This document shows positions 7,188 through 15,723 of a DNA stretch of 36,881 nucleotides, in pieces. Every line of letters starts with the position of its first letter. The stretch's first letter is position 1. The DNA is from Candidatus Uhrbacteria bacterium (GTDB lineage: Bacteria; Patescibacteriota; Patescibacteriia; UBA9934; GWF2-40-263): contig JACQSK010000015.1 in NCBI GenBank assembly GCA_016205975.1, positions 76,624 through 113,504 on the forward strand. The letters run 5' to 3'. The notes below the pieces were generated by a model. The model saw only the letters and a list, made by a program, of their open reading frames with translations. It was not told the origin of the DNA and searched no databases. A program made the translations under genes and the position numbers.

Positions 7188-9464
7188 CTTTTTCCCTCTG
7201 GTGAACTTTGATGGTCCGCGCGCGCGCTTTTTTGCCAAGAGGTCGATGGCGTCCTCGCGCGTGAGACCTTCTGGGCTGTATTTTTTTCCGAGAGAAGCAT
7301 TGGTTGTGCCGTCGGTGAGGTAAGGACCGAAGCGTCCGTGCTTCAAGAGGATCACGCCGTTGGAGGCTGGGTCCTCGCCGAACTCGGCGATCGGCGTTTT
7401 CATTTTCTGTTTCAGCTCGCGGGATTCTTTCAGGAGTGCGCGGGCTTGCTCAAGCGTGACAGTGAGCGGGGAGAGCGGCTCTTTGATCGAGGCGTACACC
7501 TCGCCGGCTTTCGCGTACGGACCGAAGCGTCCGACCGCGACGGTAATCGTTTCGCCCTCCTCGGTTGTCCCGAGGGTTTTTGGAAGGGAGAGACAACTCA
7601 GAGCTTGCTCAAGCGTGACCGATTCGATGTTCATGTCCTTCATGAGGCTCGCGCTCTTGGGTTTTTCTTTCCCCGCGTCCTTGTCGGCCTTGGTGAACGT
7701 CCCCAGCTGGACGAAGCCGCCGAAGCGTCCCGTCTTGGCAATGACGGGCAGCCCGCTTGCGGGATCCGTTCCCAGCACCTTGTCTGGCATGATGTCCTCG
7801 CGTTTCAGCTCTTTTGTTTTTTCCTCCAGCGTTTTATGGAACGGCTTGTAGAACGCCTCGAGTGTCGGTACCAGCTCGACGGTGCCTTCCGCGATCTCGT
7901 CCAAGGTCGCTTCCATCTTGGCTGTGAAGGCGTAGTCGATGATGGAAGGGAAGTGGTTGACCAGCAGATCGCTCACGATCATGGCGATGTCGGTGGGCGC
8001 GAGTTTTTTGTTTTCATCGCGCTCCACGTAGCCGCGATCGATGATCGTGGTGATGGTAGGCGCGTAGGTGGATGGTCGTCCGATCCCGAACTCCTCCAGC
8101 GCTTTCACGAGCGTCGCGTCCGAGTAGCGCGCCGGTGGCTCGGTGAAGTGCTGCGTGGGGACGATCGTTTTGGTCTCCACCTTGTCGCCTTGCGCGAGAT
8201 CCGGCAGGATTTTTTCTTTCGTTGACTGATAGACCTTCATGAACCCGTCGAAGGCGACCGAGCTGCCGTTTGCGCGCAGGCCGTAGGATTTGGCGGTAAG
8301 GTCCACGGCGGTTCGATTCAATTCAGCCGCGGGGAGCTGGGACGCGAGTGTGCGGCGCCAGATGAGGTCATAGAGTTTCCATGCGCGTGGCTCAAGCTCC
8401 CCGCGCACAGAGTCGGGCGCACCCTCCACGCTTGTGGGACGGATGGCTTCGTGCGCTTCCTGCGCGCCTTTTTTGTTGGTCTTGTAGCGCTGGGCGCCAC
8501 GGGCGTACGGCGCGCCGAAGGTCGCCTGGACGTAGTGCTGCGTTTCCTCCAGAAATTTTTCCGCGAGGTTCAGGGAGTCGGTACGCATGTAGGTGATGCG
8601 GCCGGTCTCGTAGAGCTGCTGGGCGAGCCGCATCGTCGCCTTGGCGCTCATGCCCAGCTTCGTGTTGGCGTCGATTTGCAAAGTGGATGTAGTGAAGGGC
8701 GTGGGTGGCGCTTTCTTCACGCGTTTCTTTTCAACGGCTGCGACCGTCATGGGTACACCCGCGAGGTCGTCCACCAGGACCTGCGCCTGCTCGCGCGTCG
8801 TGATCGCCATCTTGTCGAGTTTTTTTCCGTCGCGCGTTTCCAGTTTCGCCGGAAAGTCCATATCGTCCTTGGCGAGCGTAGCGTCGATCGTCCAGAACTC
8901 TTCAACCGTAAACGCGCGACGTTCTCGTTCGCGTTCGACTACGAGCCGCATTGCCACGGACTGCACGCGCCCGGCCGAGAGTCCGCGACGCACCTTCTGC
9001 CACAAAAACGGCGAGAGCTCGTAGCCCACGAGGCGGTCGAGGATGCGGCGCGCCTGCTGCGCGTCCACGAGGTGCGCATCAATCACGCGCGGATGCGCGA
9101 CCGCTTCATCAATCGCGCTTTTGGTAATTTCGTGGAACGTGATGCGCTTGGCCGTGTCCTCATCCAGCCCCAGAGCCTTGGCCAAATGCCACGCGATCGC
9201 TTCCCCCTCTCGGTCTTCGTCCGTTGCCAGGTACACCTCATCGGCCGTCTTCACCGCCGCTTTCAATTCTGTCACGTGCGGTTTGCTCTTGGGAGGGATC
9301 GTGTAGGTCGGTTCAAAGTCATGCTCCACGTCCACCCCCAGTTTGCTCTTGGGCAAATCCCGAATGTGGCCAAACGAAGAAAGCACGCGGTACTCGCCGC
9401 CGAGATATTTCGAGATCGTTTTTGCTTTCGTCGGTGACTCGACGATGAGAAGTTTGGAAGGCAT
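7173..9464 (-). CDS. topA: DNA topoisomerase I with C-terminal GRFGPY-type repeats, no Zn ribbons
   Basis: LIVESPTKAKTI, ATDEDREGEAIAWH, SAGRVQS, catalytic ITYMRTDS, QEAHEAIRPT, GIGRPSTYA. Confidence 0.97.
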   Translation of the reverse strand: MPSKLLIVESPTKAKTISKYLGGEYRVLSSFGHIRDLPKSKLGVDVEHDFEPTYTIPPKSKPHVTELKAAVKTADEVYLATDEDREGEAIAWHLAKALGLDEDTAKRITFHEITKSAIDEAVAHPRVIDAHLVDAQQARRILDRLVGYELSPFLWQKVRRGLSAGRVQSVAMRLVVERERERRAFTVEEFWTIDATLAKDDMDFPAKLETRDGKKLDKMAITTREQAQVLVDDLAGVPMTVAAVEKKRVKKAPPTPFTTSTLQIDANTKLGMSAKATMRLAQQLYETGRITYMRTDSLNLAEKFLEETQHYVQATFGAPYARGAQRYKTNKKGAQEAHEAIRPTSVEGAPDSVRGELEPRAWKLYDLIWRRTLASQLPAAELNRTAVDLTAKSYGLRANGSSVAFDGFMKVYQSTKEKILPDLAQGDKVETKTIVPTQHFTEPPARYSDATLVKALEEFGIGRPSTYAPTITTIIDRGYVERDENKKLAPTDIAMIVSDLLVNHFPSIIDYAFTAKMEATLDEIAEGTVELVPTLEAFYKPFHKTLEEKTKELKREDIMPDKVLGTDPASGLPVIAKTGRFGGFVQLGTFTKADKDAGKEKPKSASLMKDMNIESVTLEQALSCLSLPKTLGTTEEGETITVAVGRFGPYAKAGEVYASIKEPLSPLTVTLEQARALLKESRELKQKMKTPIAEFGEDPASNGVILLKHGRFGPYLTDGTTNASLGKKYSPEGLTREDAIDLLAKKRARGPSKFTRGKKQKRA

Positions 9465-9499
9465 GTGGTCTACAAGCTACAAGTTTAAGGATGTTCTCG

Positions 9500-10588
9500 T
9501 CAAGCGCGCGCAAAAAAATTTCCTCCGTGGTGGCGCACCGCGCCTTTGATTTCCATGAGCGTGAGCACGCTGGTCGTCTTTTGCGCTGGCATCTGCGTGG
9601 CGCGGATGAGCTCGTCCAAATGAATGGGCATGCTGCCAAGGCGTTCCCAGACGAGTGTTTCTTCTTCGCCTCGCGGCTGGTAGGCGTTTTCCACAGGTTG
9701 TGGCACGGCTTCCAGGCCAAAAATGTCTTGGGCGCAGCTCGCGGGCGTGGCGCCCAGCTTGATGAGGTTGTGCGGACCCTCCGAGGTTTGCGAGTAGATG
9801 GAGCCAGGGACGGCATACACCTCTCGGCCGCTCTCCAGCGCGCAGCGAGCGGTGATGAGGGATCCAGACTTGAGCGCGGCTTCCACCACCAGCGTGCCAT
9901 GGCACAGCCCCGCAATGATCCGATTGCGGAATGGAAAGTGAGACTTGAGCGGCAAGGTCCCCAGTGGGAACTCCGAGATGAGTGCGCCGCCTTGCGACAA
10001 GATTCTGGAAGCGAGCGCGCGGTTAGCCGATGGATAAATACTCTGTTCGTCCACGCCCGATCCCAGCACGGCCAGAGTGGTCCCGTCGGCGGCGAGCGCG
10101 GTGTCATGAGCGATCGCGTCGATGCCATAGGCGAGTCCCGAGACCACCACCACGCCGGCTTGTGCCAAGGGTTTCACAAGGTCTTGGGTCACGCGCGTGC
10201 CGTAGTCGCTCGCTTTGCGCGAACCCACCACGGCCAGATGGCGACGCGCAGGATCCGGCAGAGCGCCACGCACAAATAAAACAGCCGGCGGGTCGTAGAT
10301 TTCTTTCAGCAGAGGCGGATAGATGTCGTCCTTGAGCGTGACCGCCTGGACGCCATGGATCTCCAGCTCGCGCATGAGCGCCTCCGGATCGATATGAATG
10401 CGTTCGCCCAGGAAGTGGCTGGCGATTTTGGGTTCGATGCCCGCTTCGACCAGCTCGCCCGCGGAGGCCTCAAACGCGCGCTTCATCGTCGGAAAATGGC
10501 GCATGAGCCGCTCCATGCGCACCGCGCCGAACGAACGAAATTGCACAAGCGCAACCCAGTACGCTCTGTCCTCAGGCGCGATGCTCAC
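9500..10588 (-). CDS. dprA: DNA processing protein DprA
   Basis: YPPLLKEIYDPP, AVVGSR, VSGLAYGIDAIAH, FPFRNRIIAG, VVEAALKSGSLITA, C-terminal winged helix. Confidence 0.96.
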   Translation of the reverse strand: MSIAPEDRAYWVALVQFRSFGAVRMERLMRHFPTMKRAFEASAGELVEAGIEPKIASHFLGERIHIDPEALMRELEIHGVQAVTLKDDIYPPLLKEIYDPPAVLFVRGALPDPARRHLAVVGSRKASDYGTRVTQDLVKPLAQAGVVVVSGLAYGIDAIAHDTALAADGTTLAVLGSGVDEQSIYPSANRALASRILSQGGALISEFPLGTLPLKSHFPFRNRIIAGLCHGTLVVEAALKSGSLITARCALESGREVYAVPGSIYSQTSEGPHNLIKLGATPASCAQDIFGLEAVPQPVENAYQPRGEEETLVWERLGSMPIHLDELIRATQMPAQKTTSVLTLMEIKGAVRHHGGNFFARA

Positions 10589-11115
10589 AGAAAGGTTTCG
10601 ATTTTTTCCAGGGCGAGCGCGATCACGGACGGGAGCGCGTCCGTTTCCTGGGTCCTCCAGGGCTGCAGCACGAACGTCTCCAGCGGCACGTCTTTATGTT
10701 GCGGACGTCCAATCCCGATGCGCAGCCGCGCCACGGCCGTCTTCTTGGGAAGTTGGGTCAGGATCGATTCCATCCCGCGGTGTCCGGCAGAGGAGCCGTT
10801 CGTTTTCAGGCGCACGTCGCCGAATGGGAGGTCCGCGTCGTCGTAGATGACCAGAAGCTCCGCTGGCTTCACGGGGAACTTGTTCAAGAGAGCCGCCACG
10901 CTTTTCCCGCTCGCGTTCATAAAGGTCTGCGGCTTCACGATCAGGAGACGCTCGCCGTGCCACTGTGCCTGCGCGATTTCAGAGGCGATCGCGCGCTTGG
11001 GCGTGAACCGAGCGTCCAGTTGTTTGGCGAGCGCGTCTACAACAAGAAACCCGATGTTATGTCGCGTGTGCTCGTATTCTTTGCCTGGATTGCCGAGGCC
11101 GATGAGGGTTTTCAT
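10585..11115 (-). CDS. pth: Peptidyl-tRNA hydrolase
   Basis: GLGNPGKEYEHTRHNIGF, KPQTFMNASG, GSSAGHRG, RLRIGIGRP. Confidence 0.96.
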   Translation of the reverse strand: MKTLIGLGNPGKEYEHTRHNIGFLVVDALAKQLDARFTPKRAIASEIAQAQWHGERLLIVKPQTFMNASGKSVAALLNKFPVKPAELLVIYDDADLPFGDVRLKTNGSSAGHRGMESILTQLPKKTAVARLRIGIGRPQHKDVPLETFVLQPWRTQETDALPSVIALALEKIETFL

Positions 11116-11124
11116 AGATCTACC

Positions 11125-11153
11125 TTGACTTTTTTATCAAGGTGATTTATCTT
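11125..11153 (+). promoter_or_regulatory. Sigma70-like promoter facing the NYN gene 3' end
   Basis: TTGACT(11125-11130)-17 nt-TATCTT(11148-11153). Confidence 0.55.
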
Positions 11154-11159
11154 TTACGT

Positions 11160-11216
11160 ATCACCACGAAAGAGACCCTTGTACGGATACGTCCGTACCG
11201 GGGGCTCTTTTATTTT
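11160..11216 (+). ncRNA. Candidate ~55-nt hairpin small RNA convergent with the NYN gene
   Basis: Follows the promoter. Nested stem AAAGAGACCC...GTACGGA-TACG-TCCGTAC...GGGGCTCTTT ends in TTTTATTTT. Confidence 0.4.
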
Positions 11217-11710
11217 GGGCGATATGAAAGTTTATGCTTCACATCATTCAAACAGAGGATCGGGACGCCGGTCTTTTTGAGGAGGATTGAGCACTTCTTT
11301 AATGGCGCAGGAGAAACGACGATACACGAAATGGATTTTTCTAACCAGAAATTTACCAGAGGTGCGTAGTCGCCGTCGCTTGATACGAGGACGGCTTTTG
11401 TGATGCCCATCTCGAAATGGTTTCTGACAGCCTGAAGCACCAAATCAGCGTCACAGTTTCCTTTCGCCTTTCCCGTACCATCGTATACCACTTCTTTGAA
11501 GATCAGTTTATATCCAGAGTTTTGGAGAGATGTGTACAGGGCAGCGTATTTTGGCATGAGACCAATAAAGATGCAGGCTTCATCGACGGTATACTTTTGG
11601 CGGATCCAAGAACGAAATTTTCGATAGTCCAATTTCCAACCCAGACCAGCGACTCCTTTGTGGAGGTTCGCAGCATCAATGTAGGCGATCGTTGCTGGAT
11701 GGTTTTCCAT
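11210..11710 (-). CDS. NYN (LabA/DUF88, PIN-like) domain putative RNase
   Basis: AYIDAANL, KGNCDADLVL, VLVSSDGDYAPLV carry the conserved acidic residues. Visibly AT-richer than its neighbours. Start placed at ATG 11710. Confidence 0.88.
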   Translation of the reverse strand: MENHPATIAYIDAANLHKGVAGLGWKLDYRKFRSWIRQKYTVDEACIFIGLMPKYAALYTSLQNSGYKLIFKEVVYDGTGKAKGNCDADLVLQAVRNHFEMGITKAVLVSSDGDYAPLVNFWLEKSISCIVVSPAPLKKCSILLKKTGVPILCLNDVKHKLSYRPK

Positions 11711-11720
11711 GTGAACGATT

Positions 11721-13082
11721 TTAATCTGACACCGCACTCGCCAATCGGATATCAATCGTCAAGGGTGTACCTTCGAGTTTGAAATGTTCGCGCAAGCGGT
11801 TTTCAAGATAACGGATGTAGCTGGCGTTGAGAGTGTCCGTGCGCTTCGCTTTGATAATGAGATCAAACGACGGCGGCGCGTGGCGCGTTTGCTTCATGCC
11901 CAGGACTTTTGGCGCCCAGGGGCCGTGGCCGACCACCGGAGCGAATTGCCGGACCGCAACGTCCAGAAACTTTTTCAGCTTCTCCTGATCGATATCGATG
12001 CTTCTATTTTTATTCACGAGGTCGATGGCGTCAAACAAGCTCTGCACGCGTTGCGTGGAGAGGGCCGAGACGAAGTGCACCGGCGCCCAGGCCAGGAAGG
12101 GGAGCGACGCGGCGATGTATTCGCGGTACTGGTTCATCGTATTCGTCTCCTTGTCTGCGATGAGATCCCATTTGTTGACGACGATGAGAACCGCCGAGCC
12201 AGAGTGTTTCAAAAACCCGGCGAGAACTTTTTCCTGCGTGCCGATTTTTTGCGTGGCGTCCAACACGAGCAGTGTAACGTCGGCCAGCTTCACCACCAGC
12301 TCGTTGCGTTTCACGGCCTCGTGTTCCAGCCCGCCAGCCTTGCGAACCTTCGCGTGCTTGCGCATGCCGGCCGTGTCGATGAAGATGTATTTTTTTTCTC
12401 CGCGCTGGAAGAGCGTGTCGTTGGGCTCGCGCGTGGTGTGCTCGATGGGGCTCGTGATGAACCGCTCCTCGCCGATGAGCGCGTTCAGGAGCGTTGACTT
12501 GCCCACGTTGGGTTTGCCGATGACAGCGACTTTGATGCCTTCCATCTTGAGCGGGTCCACCGGCGGCCGGCCGATGTCCGCGAGCTTCTCGTAGATCACG
12601 TCCAGCAGATCGCCCACGCCGGTTCCACGCGTGGCCGAGATCGGGAGCGGCTCAGGGAGCCCGGGGAAGCGCCACATGGAATCCGACACGCTCAGTCGTT
12701 CACTTGTTTTCTCCGCCTTGTTGCCCACGACGATCACCGGCTTGCCCGATTTGCGAAACCGATCCGCGAGTGCGCGCTCCTCCGGAATCGTCCCGGCCTT
12801 CATGTCCAGCACGAACAAAAGGAGGTCTGCCGTTTTCATCGCGATGTCCGCCTGCTTCACAATGTTGCGTTCGATCTCGTCTTTCTGGTTCACGTCCAAG
12901 CCGCCCGTATCGATCAACCGAATCACCGTGCCGCGCCACAGGCAGTCGCCCTCGTTGCGGTCGCGGGTGGTCCCAGCGGTCGGAGAAACAAGCGCCTTCT
13001 GGGTTTCAAGAAGGCGGTTGAACAGCGTGGATTTTCCGACATTCGTGCGGCCGACGAGGGCCACGACTGGGAGATTATTCAT
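11721..13082 (-). CDS. der: Ribosome biogenesis GTPase Der (EngA)
   Basis: Two G domains (GRTNVGKSTL/DTGG/NKAE and GKPNVGKSTL/DTAG/NKWD) and C-terminal YIRYLENRLRE..GTP. Confidence 0.96.
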   Translation of the reverse strand: MNNLPVVALVGRTNVGKSTLFNRLLETQKALVSPTAGTTRDRNEGDCLWRGTVIRLIDTGGLDVNQKDEIERNIVKQADIAMKTADLLLFVLDMKAGTIPEERALADRFRKSGKPVIVVGNKAEKTSERLSVSDSMWRFPGLPEPLPISATRGTGVGDLLDVIYEKLADIGRPPVDPLKMEGIKVAVIGKPNVGKSTLLNALIGEERFITSPIEHTTREPNDTLFQRGEKKYIFIDTAGMRKHAKVRKAGGLEHEAVKRNELVVKLADVTLLVLDATQKIGTQEKVLAGFLKHSGSAVLIVVNKWDLIADKETNTMNQYREYIAASLPFLAWAPVHFVSALSTQRVQSLFDAIDLVNKNRSIDIDQEKLKKFLDVAVRQFAPVVGHGPWAPKVLGMKQTRHAPPSFDLIIKAKRTDTLNASYIRYLENRLREHFKLEGTPLTIDIRLASAVSD

Positions 13083-13101
13083 ATCGCCACCAGTCTATCA
13101 C

Positions 13102-13133
13102 AAAACCGCCTCTTGATGAGATTGAGGCGGTTG
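13102..13133 (-). terminator. Hairpin between the LCP gene and der
   Basis: AACCGCCTC...GAGGCGGTT inverted repeat followed by a T run on the minus strand. Confidence 0.55.
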
Positions 13134-13163
13134 AATTTGAGGTCACAAATAACAACTTCAAGT

Positions 13164-14840
13164 TTAGTACCTCGCAAGCAAGCTTGCGCTCTCTCCCAAA
13201 ATCACCAAAAAGTCCACGTCTTGCTCGATTACGAGCATCTCATAGTCTTCGCTGGTGAGAGCAATCTCTTTGGGAACGATCTCGCCGCTGTAGAGCCAGC
13301 CGGTGGCTGACAGCGTGACGTCCGCCTTCAGGTAATCGCGAAGGGCTTTGAGTTCTTCTGCGCGCTGGCCGTTGGTGAGGTCGTAGATGACTGTGTGTTC
13401 GTAGTCACGAGAAGCGGCATTCCCGACGCGGGCAACATCAAACCCCTGGCCGTCCAAGAGTTGCGATGCGCGGAAGGCGAGGCCGGTGATGTTGGTGCCG
13501 TTTTGGATTTCGATGCGGACGAACTTTGGTTTTTCCTCTGGCGCGGCCGCGAAGGTGGCGTTTAGCTCATCATCGGCGACGAAAATATTGTCCGCGATGC
13601 GCTGGAGCGGCAACCAGTCGTCGTTTTTGGGCAGGAGCAGGTAGGCGCCGTTCAAGACGGTTGCGTACAGCGGAGAAGACTCGGAGGCATCGATCACATG
13701 GTTGGTGATGCTTTGCGTGTCGAGACTCTTGAGCTCTTTGGCCAAGCGGACGATTTCCCAGGCGTTCAAGTTGGTGGAGATGTTTTCCTCCAGCGCGTTC
13801 ATCATCTTGGTGATGCGGCTGGGGTTCAAGAAGGTCGAGGCGGAAAGCACCTTGTCTTTGACCGCTAAGATAATTTTTTGCTGGCGCTTGGAGCGCGCGA
13901 AGTCCGAGCCCTCGCCGTTATTGCCATGGCGCGAGCGCGCAAACTTGAGCGCGGTTTCGCCTTCCATGTGCGTCCAGCCCTCGGAGAAGGTGATGGACTC
14001 AAAGCGGCAGGAGTAGTCAGGGACGACTTCGACCGTGTTGAGCGGGAGGTCGGATGGGACGGATGGGTCGGATGGGACGTCCGGATCGATCTCGAGAATT
14101 TGTGCGAGCTCACCGGATTCTTCGACGGTACTTTCCTCCTCACCCTCTCCTTCAAACCCGCAGCCGTCGTACTCTCGTCCGAGCGTTGGGTACTCTGGAT
14201 CCGTGAAGCTGTTCTCGACATAGACGTCGACTCCACCGATGGCGTCGATAAACTCTGCGAAGCCGTCGAAGTCCACGCGCAGGTAGTAGTGGATGTCTTC
14301 GTCCAGCACGTCTCCAATCACTTGAGAGGCAAGGGCGGGCCCGGAACCAGGCTCGTCCATCTCCCCATAGGCGTTGGCGTGGTTCACCTTGCTGTAGCCG
14401 TAGCCGGGGATGGGCACGCTCATGTCGCGGGGCAAGGACATCATGCCGATCGCGCCAGTGGACGGCTGAAAGCTCGCAAACACAATCGTATCGGTGAGCT
14501 GCGGGCCGTCATGGCCTTCTCCGCCGATGCCCATGAGCAACACATTCACACGATCGTCGTCCTCGCCCGCGAGCTCACGCCCACCGGAGGTTACGAGTTG
14601 CTTGATGGTGGCCATGAGCGAGAAGTCCGTGGGCGCGTTGGATTCGGAGGTGGTGGTGACTTGGTAGGAGAAGATCATGCCGGCGGTGGCGGCGATCACG
14701 ACCGCGAGCGTGAGGTGGCGGCCAAAAAAAAGAACCCTCGGTCGTAGCCGTCCTATGGGCGAGGCGGGCGAGCCCGGCGCTCGCCTTGGCACGCGTAGGT
14801 GATATTTTTGTTTCAGCAAGTCAATCTTGGCGCGCTCCAT
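13164..14840 (-). CDS. LCP (LytR-CpsA-Psr) family protein with C-terminal LytR_C domain
   Basis: N-terminal TM; NVLLMG, TDTI, SLPRD, KVNHA, IDAIGGVDV, ALKFARSRH, SDFARSKRQQ; then IEIQNGTNITGLA...VILG. Promoter TTGCCC-17-TACAAT (14882-14854) places the start at 14840. Confidence 0.92.
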   Translation of the reverse strand: MERAKIDLLKQKYHLRVPRRAPGSPASPIGRLRPRVLFFGRHLTLAVVIAATAGMIFSYQVTTTSESNAPTDFSLMATIKQLVTSGGRELAGEDDDRVNVLLMGIGGEGHDGPQLTDTIVFASFQPSTGAIGMMSLPRDMSVPIPGYGYSKVNHANAYGEMDEPGSGPALASQVIGDVLDEDIHYYLRVDFDGFAEFIDAIGGVDVYVENSFTDPEYPTLGREYDGCGFEGEGEEESTVEESGELAQILEIDPDVPSDPSVPSDLPLNTVEVVPDYSCRFESITFSEGWTHMEGETALKFARSRHGNNGEGSDFARSKRQQKIILAVKDKVLSASTFLNPSRITKMMNALEENISTNLNAWEIVRLAKELKSLDTQSITNHVIDASESSPLYATVLNGAYLLLPKNDDWLPLQRIADNIFVADDELNATFAAAPEEKPKFVRIEIQNGTNITGLAFRASQLLDGQGFDVARVGNAASRDYEHTVIYDLTNGQRAEELKALRDYLKADVTLSATGWLYSGEIVPKEIALTSEDYEMLVIEQDVDFLVILGESASLLARY

Positions 14841-14942
14841 AATTCGTGTCTTCATTGTAGCGGGAACGCAGAGAACGGGCAACCTCTTGTCTGGAGAAAA
14901 GGTTCGTGGTATTTTCGACCGTGTTAAAGGAGCAAAAATTGC

Positions 14943-15019
14943 GGGCGTGTAGCTCAGCTGGTTAGAGCGCTGTCCTCACACGACAGATGTCAGAGGTTCG
15001 AGTCCTCTCACGCCCACCA
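14943..15019 (+). tRNA. tRNA-Val(CAC)
   Basis: GGGCGTGTAGCTCAGCTGGTTAGAGCG-CTGTC-CTCACAC-GACAG-ATGTCAGAGGTTCGAGTCCTCT-CACGCCC-A-CCA. Upstream TTGTCT-17-TATTTT. Confidence 0.96.
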
Positions 15020-15051
15020 AAAAAGATCCTATTTTCGTGAGGATCTTTTTT
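15020..15051 (+). terminator. Terminator after tRNA-Val
   Basis: AAAAAGATCCT...AGGATCTTTTT. Confidence 0.7.
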
Positions 15052-15103
15052 GTTTGGAGAGTTGCTCTTGCCAGAAAAACCTGATACGCTGGAAACGATT
15101 TTT

Positions 15104-15712
15104 ATGCATAGCCGCTTTTCAGGCTTGGAAGACAAACTCTACACGCGTTTCGGGCCCACGGGCGGAGCGATTCTCGCTTTTCTGCTTGAGGTGGTGCAGA
15201 TCGTGGTGATCTCAAGCGCCATCATCATCCCCATTCGTTATTTTTTGATCCAGCCGTTCTATGTGAAAGGGGCGAGCATGGAGCCCAACTTCTACGATCA
15301 TGAGTATCTCATCATCGACGAACTCTCGTATCGCTTCCGCGATCCCATGCGCGGCGAGATCGTCGTATTCCGCTACCCGCGCGACCCCAGCCAGTTTTTC
15401 ATCAAGCGCGTGGTGGCGCTCCCGGGCGAGACGGTGGAGATCACCGATGGGCATGTGTTCATCTATAATGACGAACATCCAAACGGCCTGCGCTTGGAGG
15501 AGCCGTACTTGGACGGGGAGAGGACCAACGGAAAAGAACGCGTGACGCTGGGAGGCGATGAGTATTTCGTCCTGGGAGACAATCGCGACTCCAGCCTCGA
15601 CTCTCGTAGCTTCGGCACGCTGGATCGCGACAACCTGATCGGCCGCGTCTGGGTGCGCGGCTTGCCGCTCTCGCGCCTGTCGACCTTTGATCTACCGGTT
15701 TACAATCTTTAA
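15104..15712 (+). CDS. lepB: Signal peptidase I
   Basis: TM then PFYVKGASMEPNF (catalytic Ser), FIKRVVALPGETV (Lys), YFVLGDNRDSSLDSR. Confidence 0.95.
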   Translation: MHSRFSGLEDKLYTRFGPTGGAILAFLLEVVQIVVISSAIIIPIRYFLIQPFYVKGASMEPNFYDHEYLIIDELSYRFRDPMRGEIVVFRYPRDPSQFFIKRVVALPGETVEITDGHVFIYNDEHPNGLRLEEPYLDGERTNGKERVTLGGDEYFVLGDNRDSSLDSRSFGTLDRDNLIGRVWVRGLPLSRLSTFDLPVYNL

Positions 15713-15723
15713 CGTGTACGGCT

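Noticed and set aside
11710-11755. Apparent der/NYN overlap and other N-terminal extensions in the ORF track (1, 3124, 6312, 14882, 15050, 30496, 31967, 35206)
   Set aside because: Downstream ATGs fit family N-termini and promoter positions better.
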